Below, in pieces: positions 9,592-20,200 of a DNA stretch of 64,000 nucleotides; the stretch's first letter is position 1; each line of letters starts with the position of its first letter. Made by a program: the position numbers and the translations under genes. The notes beneath the pieces were generated by a model that saw only the letters and a program-made list of their open reading frames with translations, did no database searches and was not told the DNA's origin. The stretch lies in the NCBI GenBank assembly GCA_943361795.1, contig CALRIS020000012.1:21077-85076 (forward strand), given 5' to 3'. This DNA comes from Pimelobacter simplex. GTDB lineage: Bacteria > Cyanobacteriota > Cyanobacteriia > PCC-6307 > Cyanobiaceae.

Positions 9592-9834
9592 ATGAGCACG
9601 TTCCTAACCAACCTGCAAGGGCTGCTGCAGCGCTGGAATTTCATCGAGCGGGCCAAGCTGGAGAGCCAGCTTTGGGAAGCTTTTGAGCGGGGCGAAGCGC
9701 TGGAAGCGATGGTGGAGCAGTGTCCGCCGGGGTTTCAGAAGGAGGTGTGGAGTACCACCTTGGTGCGCATCCGCAAAATCGAGAAGATGATGGAGGGCAA
9801 AACGGCCCCAGCGATCACACCGGATTCGGATTAG
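9592..9834 (+). CDS. Hypothetical 80-aa protein
   Basis: ATG-initiated ORF in an otherwise unassigned gap with GC-rich third codon positions. No motif recognised. Confidence 0.4.
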   Translation: MSTFLTNLQGLLQRWNFIERAKLESQLWEAFERGEALEAMVEQCPPGFQKEVWSTTLVRIRKIEKMMEGKTAPAITPDSD

Positions 9835-9914
9835 ATCGGCCCCTGCAAACAGGGTTGGGCGATCGAATCGTGGAGCTGCAGAATGTGCTCAAGTCCCGCC
9901 TACCTCCCACGCCA

Positions 9915-11372
9915 TCAACTCCTGAGCCACTCGGTTAGGCCGCCGGGTTGATCAATCAGTTCGATTCCCTGCTCGAGCAAGCTAACGCGAATGCGATCGG
10001 CTTCGCCATAGTTTTTTGCCCGCTTGGCTGCCTGGCGCTCTGCAATCTGCGCTGCAATCTCCCCATCGCTGGGCCCAGCACCGGCCGCCCCTGCAGGGTC
10101 TAATTCCACTTCCGGTTTGAGGCCGAGAACGCCAGCCAGTTCCAGCAACAGCCTGGCCTCGGCTTGCAGGGCCTGGGCCTCAATAGCGGCCTCGGCATCG
10201 CCCCGTTCGCTGCGGTTCGCTAGGGAGCGCAGGGGTTTGGCCAATTCGAACACCGCAGCCAGGGCCGCAGACGTGTTCAGGTCGTCGTCCATGGCCGCGC
10301 TGAACCGCAGACGCGTCTCCGCTAGGGCGGTCGCTAAATCCTGGGGCCGATCCCCTCCGGCTCCTGCTTGCAATTGACCCGCCAATTGCAAAGCCCCATT
10401 GAGGCCCTTCCAGCCGGTTGCCGCCGCAGCTAGGGCCTCGGGGGTGAAATCAAGCGGTTTGCGGTAGTGGGCCTGGAGCACAAACAGGCGCAGGGTCATC
10501 GCCGAGGTACCGCTCTCCAGCAGGGCGCGGATGGTGGTGAAGTTGCCCAGGGATTTGGACATCTTTTCGCCACCCACATTGACCATGCCGTTGTGCAGCC
10601 ACCAGCGGGCCAGGGGCTTGCCCGTGGCCGCCTCCGACTGGGCGATCTCGTTTTCGTGGTGGGGAAAGATCAGATCGGCGCCACCCAAATGGATATCGAT
10701 CGTGTCGCCCAATTCCTGGCGCACCATGGCCGAACATTCGATGTGCCATCCCGGTCGGCCGGGTCCCCAGGGGGAGGGAAAACTGGGCTCGCCCGGTTTG
10801 GCCCCTTTCCAGAGCGCGAAATCAAAGGGATGGTGCTTGCGGGCTTCCTCGCTGCCGGAGACCCGGCCGTCGGCATTCTGCTGTTGCTCCGAGAGATCCC
10901 GGCCCGAGAGTTTGCCATAGCCGGCGTGTTTCATCACGGCGAAATAGACATCGCCATCGGCGCCATAGGCCGCCCCCTTGGCTTGCAATTCGCCAATCAA
11001 GGCGCGGATCCCATCGAGGCTCTGGGTGGCCCGGGGCATGCGGTCGGCCGGCAGGATGTTGAGGGCAGCCATGTCGGCCACGAAGGCGTCGATGTTGCGC
11101 TCGCTCACGACCTCCATGGAGCTCCCTTCCTCGGCAGCCCGTTTGAGAATCTTGTCGTCGATGTCGGTGTAGTTCTGCACAAACATCACCTGGTAGCCGC
11201 TCCAGATCAGGTAGCGCCGCAACACATCCCAGGCGATGTAACTGCGGGCGTGGCCCAGGTGGCAGAGGTCATAAACCGTGACCCCGCAGCAATACATCGA
11301 CACCTGGCCGGGTTGCAGCGGCTCAAATGGTTCGCTGCGGCGGGTGAGGGAGTTGGTGAGCCGCAGGGTCAC
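9915..11372 (-). CDS. cysS: Cysteine--tRNA ligase
   Basis: HIGH-type [14 protein letters not shown] ([10 protein letters not shown]), and CCGVTVYD. The GTG at 11372 gives the canonical N-terminus (V)[14 protein letters not shown] 11423 and the listed 11597 would add unconserved extensions. Confidence 0.9.
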   Translation of the reverse strand: MTLRLTNSLTRRSEPFEPLQPGQVSMYCCGVTVYDLCHLGHARSYIAWDVLRRYLIWSGYQVMFVQNYTDIDDKILKRAAEEGSSMEVVSERNIDAFVADMAALNILPADRMPRATQSLDGIRALIGELQAKGAAYGADGDVYFAVMKHAGYGKLSGRDLSEQQQNADGRVSGSEEARKHHPFDFALWKGAKPGEPSFPSPWGPGRPGWHIECSAMVRQELGDTIDIHLGGADLIFPHHENEIAQSEAATGKPLARWWLHNGMVNVGGEKMSKSLGNFTTIRALLESGTSAMTLRLFVLQAHYRKPLDFTPEALAAAATGWKGLNGALQLAGQLQAGAGGDRPQDLATALAETRLRFSAAMDDDLNTSAALAAVFELAKPLRSLANRSERGDAEAAIEAQALQAEARLLLELAGVLGLKPEVELDPAGAAGAGPSDGEIAAQIAERQAAKRAKNYGEADRIRVSLLEQGIELIDQPGGLTEWLRS

Positions 11373-11421
11373 GGGCGTCAGGTCAAGGGCTAGGACGGCT
11401 GGACCGTAAGGCCCATCCCCC

Positions 11422-12870
11422 ATGGTCGCCCGCCGTGGCTCCCCACCCCTGCCTGGCGCGGCCAGCGGAGCCCCCGATGGGGATCGGCATGGGGATCGAA
11501 CCAGGGACCCGGAACAGCCCCCCCCTAGCCACGCCAAGCGGACGGACTCGGCGTTCTGGTGGCTGTGGGGCGGGCAGCTGGTTTCCAACCTCGGCACCCA
11601 GGTGAGCCTCTATGGCCTGGGGCTATGGCTCTTCCAGCTGCAGAACCACCTGCTGGATTTCGCCGCCGTGGCCATCGTTGTTCAGGTGGCCAAGATCCTG
11701 GCCCTGCCTGTGGTCGGACCCCGTTTACAGCAGTGGCGGCGGCGGCGCGTGATGGTGGTGGCCAATGGCCTGGGGGCCCTGGGCACCCTGGCGCTGGCGG
11801 CGCTGCTGCTGACGGCGGACCGGGGCCAGGGGGCCCCGGGACTGCTGGCCCTACTGCCCCTGCAGGGGCTGGCGGCCGCGGCCGAGGCCAGTTTGGTGCT
11901 TTGTTTTGCCAGCCTGATTCCCCTATTGGTGCCGGCGGGGGTGGCGCGCCACCGGGCCAATGGCCTGTTTGCCAGCAGCGATGGACTGGTATTGATTGCG
12001 GCGCCGTTTCTAGGGGCCTGGCTGGTGGGGATTGCCGGCCTGCGGGGCGTGCTGGTGCTCGATGGCCTGAGTTTTGGCCTGGCCATGGCCTGCGTGCTGC
12101 TGGCCCCCTGGCCCCAGGCAGCCCTGGGGCCGGCCTCGGCGCCAGGGCTGCAGGACAGGGGCCAGCCCGCAACGTCCTGGACCCAAGCGCCCAGCCGCTT
12201 TGGCCACGATTTGGCCGCCCTCTGGCGCGATGGGGCCCTACGGCGCCTGGCCCTGCTCGGCACGGCGATGGCCTTTGTCTACGGCGCCACCGAAGTGCTG
12301 TTCCCCGCCTGGGTGATCACGGCCCTTGGCCAGGAACGCCTCGGTGGCGCCCTGGTGGTGGGCGGCCTGGCCTACGGGTTGGGGCTGCGCGTTTGGCTGG
12401 CCCATTCCCCCAGGCTCTGGGGGCGGACCCTGGCCTGCTTGCTGGTGATCCAGAGCCTGGCCCTGATGGGGGCGGGGCTGGTGCTGTTTGAGGGCCTCAT
12501 CCCCTTCTGGTACGCAGGGCTGGGCTGCTTCACCCTGGCCTTGCCGATTTGTTTAGCGATCGTGCAAAGCCGTTGGCAACAGCTGGTGCCCGCGGCCGAA
12601 CTGCCGCGGCTCCTGGCGGTGCGTTACGCCCTGGAATGGCTGGCCCGGCTGGCGGCCTTCATTAGCAGCGCCCTGGTGGTCGATCAGCTGCTGGGGCCCG
12701 CCCTGGAATGGCCCCATTGGCCCGACTGGCTAGCCGCTGCCCTGGGAACGGGACCAGGGCGGCCCATGGCCGTGGCCCTCGGGGGCCTGGGCTGGGTGCT
12801 GCTGCTGGCCTTGGTCAGCCAATCGCTGCGGCCGCCGGGCCTGGGATCGCCAGGGCGGAACCAGGCTTAA
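11422..12870 (+). CDS. MFS transporter (EntS/MFS_3-like), about 12 TM; start uncertain
   Basis: Begins [27 protein letters not shown], followed by repeated hydrophobic helices. It lies divergent from cysS. The first roughly 45 codons are P/G/R-rich and may not be translated. Confidence 0.7.
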   Translation: MVARRGSPPLPGAASGAPDGDRHGDRTRDPEQPPPSHAKRTDSAFWWLWGGQLVSNLGTQVSLYGLGLWLFQLQNHLLDFAAVAIVVQVAKILALPVVGPRLQQWRRRRVMVVANGLGALGTLALAALLLTADRGQGAPGLLALLPLQGLAAAAEASLVLCFASLIPLLVPAGVARHRANGLFASSDGLVLIAAPFLGAWLVGIAGLRGVLVLDGLSFGLAMACVLLAPWPQAALGPASAPGLQDRGQPATSWTQAPSRFGHDLAALWRDGALRRLALLGTAMAFVYGATEVLFPAWVITALGQERLGGALVVGGLAYGLGLRVWLAHSPRLWGRTLACLLVIQSLALMGAGLVLFEGLIPFWYAGLGCFTLALPICLAIVQSRWQQLVPAAELPRLLAVRYALEWLARLAAFISSALVVDQLLGPALEWPHWPDWLAAALGTGPGRPMAVALGGLGWVLLLALVSQSLRPPGLGSPGRNQA

Positions 12871-12938
12871 CGCGCCCATTGCACCCCAATTTTGAATTCG
12901 GGGGCCAGCCCTTGGCCCGCCAATGGGACCATGGCTCG

Positions 12939-14105
12939 ATGCGGGTCCTGATCTTCACCTCCAGTGGCGGCACCGCCCACGACGCCGCCGCCGGGGCCCT
13001 GGGGGACTGGCTGCGCCAGTGGGATCCGGGCGGGGAGGTGGGGATCGAGCAGGTGCTGGAGAACGGCAGTGGCGCCTACCGGGGCGGGGTGGCTCTCTAC
13101 AACTGGATCCAACAGCACGCCCCCTGGCTCCATCAGGCCTACTGGTGCCTAATGGAGTTTGAGGATCTGATTAAACCTGGCACCGTCCTATTCGGCCGCC
13201 GTTACCTGGCCCAGCTGCTGCGCCGGTTCAGACCAGACCTGATCATTTCCACCCACCCCCACACCAACCGGGGCCACTTTGCTTTTGCCAAGCGCCTGCT
13301 GGGTCCCCAGCTGCGTTGCCTCACCTGCTGCACCGAACTTGCCGGCGGCTTTGGCTTCAGCCGCAACTGGATCAGCTCCAGCGCCGATGCCATCTGGGTC
13401 CAAACCGCCGAAGTTGCCGCCGAACTCAGGCGTCGGCACTATCCAGCCGAGCGCATCGCCCTGCTGGGTCCCCTCCTCTATCCCGCCTACCACCTGCCGG
13501 TGCCCGCAGGCCAGCGCCTTGAACCGGGCCCCTTCGCCCCAACTGCGGCCAGCGAAGCGGTGGACGATCCCGATGCCAACGATTCCCTACCCCTGTTGGT
13601 CTTGGGGGCCGGCGCCAATGGGGCCAATAACCATTGCCGCCTGCTGGAGACCCTGCGGCCCTTCGCCGGTCGCTTGACGGTGGTGGCCCTGACGGGACGG
13701 CGCCAGGCAGCGTTCGAGCAGGTGCAGGGATGGGCGGCGGCTCACCCGGAGCTGGCAGTCCAGGCCCTCGGCTACCAGGGGCCCGAGCAGATGGTGGCCC
13801 TCTATCGCAGGGCCTGGGCCATGGTGGCCCGGCCAGGGGCCCGCACCGCCACCGAAGCCTTACTCCTGGGCTGTCCGCTGGTCTTCAACACCTTTGGCAC
13901 GACCATGCCCCAGGAATGGTTGGCACGCCGCTATTTTCATAGGCGCGGCTTGGAACGATCCATTGACCGCCCAGAGCAGCTGGCTGCCCTTGTAGCAGCT
14001 TGGCTGAACCGGCCCGAGCGCTATGCCAACTGGCGCAATCTTTACCAGCAGCATCTTTTAACTTCCGATCTCCCATCCTTGGGGCGTCTAATCCTGGGAA
14101 GCTGA
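12939..14105 (+). CDS. Glycosyltransferase, MGDG-synthase/UgtP-like (GT28-type)
   Basis: MRVLIFTSSGGTAHDAAAGAL ... PDLIISTHP ... is the layout seen in UgtP/MGDG-synthase N-domains, followed by a GT-B C-domain. ATG 12939 is preferred because the listed 12708 start overlaps the MFS gene. Confidence 0.7.
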   Translation: MRVLIFTSSGGTAHDAAAGALGDWLRQWDPGGEVGIEQVLENGSGAYRGGVALYNWIQQHAPWLHQAYWCLMEFEDLIKPGTVLFGRRYLAQLLRRFRPDLIISTHPHTNRGHFAFAKRLLGPQLRCLTCCTELAGGFGFSRNWISSSADAIWVQTAEVAAELRRRHYPAERIALLGPLLYPAYHLPVPAGQRLEPGPFAPTAASEAVDDPDANDSLPLLVLGAGANGANNHCRLLETLRPFAGRLTVVALTGRRQAAFEQVQGWAAAHPELAVQALGYQGPEQMVALYRRAWAMVARPGARTATEALLLGCPLVFNTFGTTMPQEWLARRYFHRRGLERSIDRPEQLAALVAAWLNRPERYANWRNLYQQHLLTSDLPSLGRLILGS

Positions 14106-14208
14106 TGGCTATTTGGTAAGCTCATTGCGCTCTGAATGGCTTAAAGCTAGGCCCAACAAGCTCTTGCAGGTTTTTCAATTTAGCTAGAGACAGCCCCAAC
14201 CCGCCACG

Positions 14209-17200
14209 TTGCCTCCGCCGATCACCCCTTCATTGACCCTCTCGCCGACAGTCCCTAGCCCCGAACCCATCGCGATTGTGGGGATTGGTTGTCGGCTTCC
14301 CGGTGGCATTGGCTCGCCCCAGGCCTTTTGGGACTTGCTACGCGAAGGCCGTGATGGGATTACGGACGTTCCCGCCAGGCGCTGGGACCTGGGCCAGCAT
14401 TTCGACGCCGATCCGCTCAAGCCCCTCAGCCAGCACGTGAGACGTGGCGGCTTCATTGAGGGCATCGACCAGTTTGATGCGGGCTTCTTCGGCATCTCGC
14501 CGCGGGAAGCCCTTTGCATGGATCCCCAACAGCGCCTGCTGCTGGAGGTGGCCTGGCGCGCCCTCGAGCATGGCGGCCAACCCCTCGATCGCCTGCGCGG
14601 CCAAGCGGTGGGGGTCTTCATTGGCATCTCCAGCCTCGATTACAGCTCCCTGCTCTGGGCCTCCAGCGAGCACTACGCCACCCCCGATAACGAGCCGTTC
14701 GTGCTGCCGGGCAACACGGGCTGCATCGCCGCCAACCGGATCTCCTACTTCCTGGATCTGAAGGGCCCCAGCTTCACGGTTGACACGGCCTGCTCCTCTT
14801 CGCTGGTGGCGGTGCATCTGGCCTGTGAAAGCCTCTGGCGCGGCGAATCGACGGCGGCCCTGGCCGGTGGCGTGCAGGCCCTGATCCATCCGGGCATCCA
14901 GATGAGCTTCTGCAAGGCCGGGCTGCTGGCGCCCGATGGACGTTGCAAGAGTTTTGACGCCAGCGCCGATGGCTACGTGCGCTCGGAAGGGGCGGGCGTG
15001 GTGCTACTTAAGAGACTCTCGGAGGCCCGCCGCTGCGGCGATCCAATCGTGGCCCTGATCCATGGCACGGCCGTCAATTCCGACGGCCGCAGCAATGGCA
15101 TGGCCGCTCCCAACCTCAAGGCCCAAATCGCCTGCGTGCGCCAGGCCTTTGCCCGCTCCGGCCTGGACCCGGCCGCCACTCAGTACGTCGAAGCCCACGG
15201 CACGGGCACCCGCCAGGGGGATCCGATCGAACTGCGGGCCCTGGGCACCGTCCTGGGCGAGGGTCGACCAGGCGACCAGCCCTGCCGGGTGGGCTCGGTC
15301 AAAACAAACCTCGGCCATGGCGAAACCGCTGCCGGGATCACCGGCTTGATCAAGGCGGCCCTGTGCATCCAACATCGCCAGATTCCGGCCAGCCTGCATT
15401 TCCGCACGCCCAATCCGGCGATTGATTTCGCCGGGCTGAAACTCCAGGTGCAAACGGCCCTAGAGCCGTTCCCAGCTGCAGACCAGCCGGCGGTGGTGGG
15501 GGTGAGTTCCTTTGGCTTTGGTGGCACCAATGCCCATGCCGTGCTGGCCGAGGCGCCAGCGGCGGAAGTCGGGTCCCCAGGCGCTGCTCCCCTTCCCCTC
15601 CAACTCCTAACCCTGTCGGCCCGCACTAGCGTCGCCCTAAGGGCCACGGCTAGCCGCTACTTGGAGCTGCTGCGCCAACGGCCGACCCTGGCCCTGGCCG
15701 ATCTCTGCGCCAACGCCAACCAACAGCGCACCGCCTTCCAGCAACGCCTGGTCTGCCTAGCCAGCGATCGGGCCGATCTAGAAGGCCAGCTGGAGGCCTT
15801 TGCCGGAGGCAAGGCCCCGGCAAAGGCGAGCACCGGGGCGCCCCAAGCCGCCCATTCCCCCCTGCAGGCCGTGGCCGGGCGCCGGCCGGGCAAGGTGGCC
15901 TTCCTCATCAGCGGCCAAGGCAGCCAGGAGCGGGCCATGGCCCGGGACCTCTATGGCCGCCATCCGGTGTTCCGGGAGGCCTTTGAGCGGGCCGCAGCCC
16001 TGGCGGACCCGAGCCTGGAGCTGCCCCTGAAGCGGGTGCTGCTTCCAGAACCTGGCCAGGAGCAGCAGGCGGCCCAGGCCCTGCAGCACACCGCCATCGC
16101 CCAACCGGCCCTGTTTGTGGTGGGCTACGCCCTCAGCCAGCTCTGGGCCAGCTGGGGGGTGCGGCCGGACCTGCTGCTGGGCCATAGCGCCGGCGAAGTC
16201 TTGGCAGCCCACCTGGCCGGGGTGTTTGACCTGGCCGATGGGATCCGGCTGATCACGGCCCGGGGCCAGCTGATGCAGGCCCTGCCTGCTGATGGGGGCA
16301 TGGTCGCCCTCCTGGCGCCCCTGGAGCAGGTGCAAGCCCTGATCGCCTCCGATTCCAGCCTGGGAGTCGCGGCCCTCAACGCTCCACGAAACACGGTGGT
16401 GTCGGGTCCCGCTGGCGCCATTGGGGCCCTGGTGGAACGGGCCCAGGACTCTGGCGTTGGCACGGCGCGCCTGCCCGTGGCCCATGGCTTCCACAGCCCG
16501 GCCATGGCCCCGATGCTGGAGGCCTTTGCCCAGCTCCTGGCCCAACTGCGCCTATCCCCGCCCGCCCGGGCCCTGGTCAGCAGCCTCAGCGGTGGGCTGG
16601 CCGGGGCCGAGGTCGCCGATCCGGCCTATTGGTGTGAGCAGGTGCTACGCCCGGTGCGGTTCGCCCAGGGGGTGGCCACCCTCCAGGCCCAGGGGGCCCG
16701 CCTGTTTGTCGACCTGGGCCCCAGGCCCAGCCTGATTACCCTGGCGAAGCAAACCCTCGCCCCAGGCCCCGGCCCCGGCCAGCCAGGCAAGGACCCGGGC
16801 CAGCCAGTCCCAGGTCAACAAGCCCCAGGCCAGGAGCCCTTGTTCCTGCCCTCCCTGGTGCCCGCGCAGGACGACTGGAGCGTGATCCTGGCCAGCCTGG
16901 CCCAGCTGCATCTGCGCGGCCTGGCCATCGATTGGCGCTCCTTCCATGCCCCCTTTGCCCAGCAACGTCTGACCTTGCCGGGCTACCCCTTCGAGCGCCA
17001 ACGCCATTGGTGGCCAGCCGGTAGGGGCCAGGTCCCCGGCGCCCACCGCTGGCTCGACCATCTGGGCCTGGCCCCGCTGGATCCGCTCCCAGGGGAGCCA
17101 GTCTTTCCTGGGCCCAGCTCGCTTGCACCTGCCCAACCGGGAGCCAGCGCACCGATCCAAGCAGGGGTCCCCCGGGCTGGCCTTCAGGCCAGCAACAACG

Positions 17201-20200
17201 GCTTTGACGGCGGTCTCCAGCAAGCAACCCCAAGCCCGGCCCAAGCCGCTGGCGTCCCAGGCCCTGGAGCCGTTCCGGGCCCATCGCTGGCCCAAGGATT
17301 CGCTGCCAAGGAAGGGGATGGGTGGGATCGGGTGGGTCTTGCTCCCCCGGCCCAGGACTCCCATGGATCGGACGTCATTGAGTCGGGCGTCAATGGCTCG
17401 GGCCTCAATGGATCGGGCCACAACGAACTGGGACCCCAGGCAAGCAACGAAGCAACCCGTGCCACGGCGCCAGCCCGGATTCTCCAAAAGCTGGACCTAC
17501 CCCCAGGGCGGGTCCACTACCAGGTCACCCTGGACCCCAGCCAGCAGGCCGACCTGGCCGACCATGCCATCCGCGACCAACCGGTCTTTGCCGCGGCCGG
17601 TTTCCTGGTGCTGGCGGCCCAAGTAGCAACCCAGGAAGGGCTGGCCCTGGGCTTTGGTCCCCTCAGCCTGGAGCGCCCCCTCCGCCTGGGCGCGGGCCCC
17701 CGGCAGTTGCAACTGGTGCTGGAGGAAGGAGCGCTGGCCTTCCACAGCCGCAATCCCGGCGAACCGGCCGGCGGCTGGACTAGCCATGGCCGCCTGGGCC
17801 TGGTCCAGGCCCCTGGGCCGATCCCCCCTGGTGGTGCCGGACTGGACCCGGGGAGCGCCCCCTTCGTCCCAGGCCTGCCCCCAGACGGCGCCGAAACCCT
17901 GGACCCCACAGGCTTCTACGCAGCCCTAGCCCGCTGTGGCCTGACCTATGGCCCCCGCTTTCGGGGCCTCCACCAGGTGCAACGCCAGCAGGGCCAGGCC
18001 TGGGCTGAACTCAGGCGCCCCGCCGCTGGCGGCGCCGAAGGCCTGCTGGATAGCTGCTTCCAACTGGTGGCCGCCAGCCTGGATCCGGAGGCTGCTGGCG
18101 GACAACTCTTTTTACCTGTGGGCCTGGAGGCCCTGGCCCTCGCACCGGGGGAGTGGCCGGAGCGATTCAGCTGCGAGGTGCGGCTGCAGGCCAACCTGGA
18201 GCCGGCCCAGGTCCAGGCCGACCTGGTCTGGCATGCAGGCGGCCACCTGCTGGGTTGGATTCGGGGCTTCCGCCTGCGGCGCCTGCCGCGCCAGGCGGTG
18301 GACTGGATGTTCCCAGCAGCCCAGCTGGCCCCCCCTGAGCCCGCGCCCGATCCGGCCAGCTGGCTGATCCAAAGCGACTGGGAACCGCTGGGCTTGGATT
18401 CGGCCCCCACCGTTGCAGCCCACGAGTCGGCTGCAGCCCTACCCCCAACCCTGCCGCCCCCAACCCTGCCCCTCGGCGATCGGCCCCTGCTGATTGGCGC
18501 GGGCCAGCACCAGGCCCGCGCCTTTGCCGCCTGGGCCAGCGACCAGGGCCAACCGGCCAGGCGCCTTGGCTTTGGCGACCCCCTGCCCGCCGGCAACGGG
18601 CCGGTGCTGGTCTGGCCGGATCCGGACGCGGCCGAACCCCTGGCCCTGGCCAACCACCTGCTGGCCCTGGTCCAGCAGCTCCAGGCCCCCCGGAACGCCA
18701 ACAACGCACTTCCCAACCAGGCCGCTGGTTCTGGGGCCCCAGGCCGAGCGCAACCCCGGCCCCTATGGCTCGTGCTCGAGGGCGACGCAGCCTGGAGCGG
18801 GGTGCTGGCGGGCTTTGCCCAAACGGCCGCCCTGGAAACCCCCCAGCTGGCCTGGACCCAACTGCACCTCCCCGCCGACCCCCAGCACCAGCCCCAGGCC
18901 AGGGACTGGGACCAGCTCTGGGCCCAGGCAAGCAGCGAAGCGAGCCTGCTCTGGCGTTCGGGCCAAGCCCATGGCCAACGGCTGCAACGGCTGGCGCCTG
19001 AACGCTTCCGCTTTATTAGTAACGACCCCGGCCGCCTCGAAGCCCTGGTGCGCCAACCCCTGGCGCCAACCACCCTGGTGAATGGCGAGCTGGAGCTGGC
19101 CGTGGAGGCCACGGGCCTGAATTTCCGCGACGTGCTCAATGCCCTGGGCCTGCTGGCGGCCTACGGGGAGGAGCTGGGCCTGGCCGAGGGGGCCCAGGTG
19201 CCCTTTGGCGGCGAGTGCGTCGGCCGGGTGGTGGCGGTGGGACCCGGCGTGGATCCGGCCCTGGTCGGCCAGCGGATGCTGGCGGCCCTGGCCGTGGGCA
19301 GCCTGGCCAGCCATGTCAGCTGCCGCGCCGAGCTCTGCGTCCCCCTACCAACCGGGCTCGATAGCGAAACCGGCGCCAGCCTCAGCACGGTCTTCCTCAC
19401 GGCCCTCTACGGATTGGTGCACCTGGCCCAGCTCCAACCGGGGGAAACGGTGTTGATCCATGCGGGCGCCGGCGGCGTCGGCCAGGCGGCCCTGCAGGTG
19501 GCCCGCCGCTGCGGTGCCCGCATCCTGGCCACGGCCAGTGGGCCCAAACAACAGGGCCTGCTCGACCAGGGGGTGGAGGCCGTGTTCGACTCCCGAAGCC
19601 TGGCCTTTGCCGAGCAGGTGCGCTCCCACACCGCGGGCAAGGGCGTCGACGTGGTGCTCAACAGCCTCAAGGGGGACTGGGTTGATGCCAGCTTCCAGGC
19701 CCTTGCTCCAGGCGGCCGCTTCATCGAACTGGGCAAGATTGAGATCTGGAGCCGGGCCCAGGCCCAGGAGCGCCGCCCCGATGCGGCCTACCTGCCCTTC
19801 GACCTGCTGGAGGTGGCCGCCGCCGAACCCCAACGGGTGCGCCAGCTGCTCATCGACTTTTTGGCAGACCTCGCGCAGGGCAGTTTCAAGCCCATTCCCA
19901 TTGAGGTGTATCCCATCTCGGCCGTGCCGGACGCCTTCCGGCTCCTGGCCCAGGCCCGGCACCGGGGCAAGGTTGTGGTGCGCCAGGCGGATCGGCCCAC
20001 ACCCCTGGCGATTCGTCCCCAGGCCACTTACCTAATCACAGGTGCCCTGGGGGGCATTGGCCTGCGCCTGATCGACTGGCTAGTCGAGCGGGGGGCCAGC
20101 TCCCTGCTGCTGGTCAGCCGCTCGGCCGGGTCCCCGTCGCCTGAGGTCAAGCACCGGCTGGAAGGGCTCGAGGCGCGGGGCATCCGTTGCCAGCGGGTGG

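Noticed and set aside
8343-9686. 447-aa + strand ORF covering the dxr locus
   Set aside because: It is antisense to a full-length, motif-perfect dxr. Its product is Gly/Ala/Arg/Pro-rich low complexity, typical of shadow ORFs in high-GC DNA. The same reasoning applies to 10467..11393, 45080..46090, 49789..50670, 50721..51713 and 61090..62154.
11373-11597. Long N-terminal extension of cysS, and likewise the 12708-12938 extension of the GT28 gene
   Set aside because: The extensions are unconserved and low-complexity, and they overlap the neighbouring MFS gene. Canonical N-termini are found at GTG 11372 and ATG 12939.
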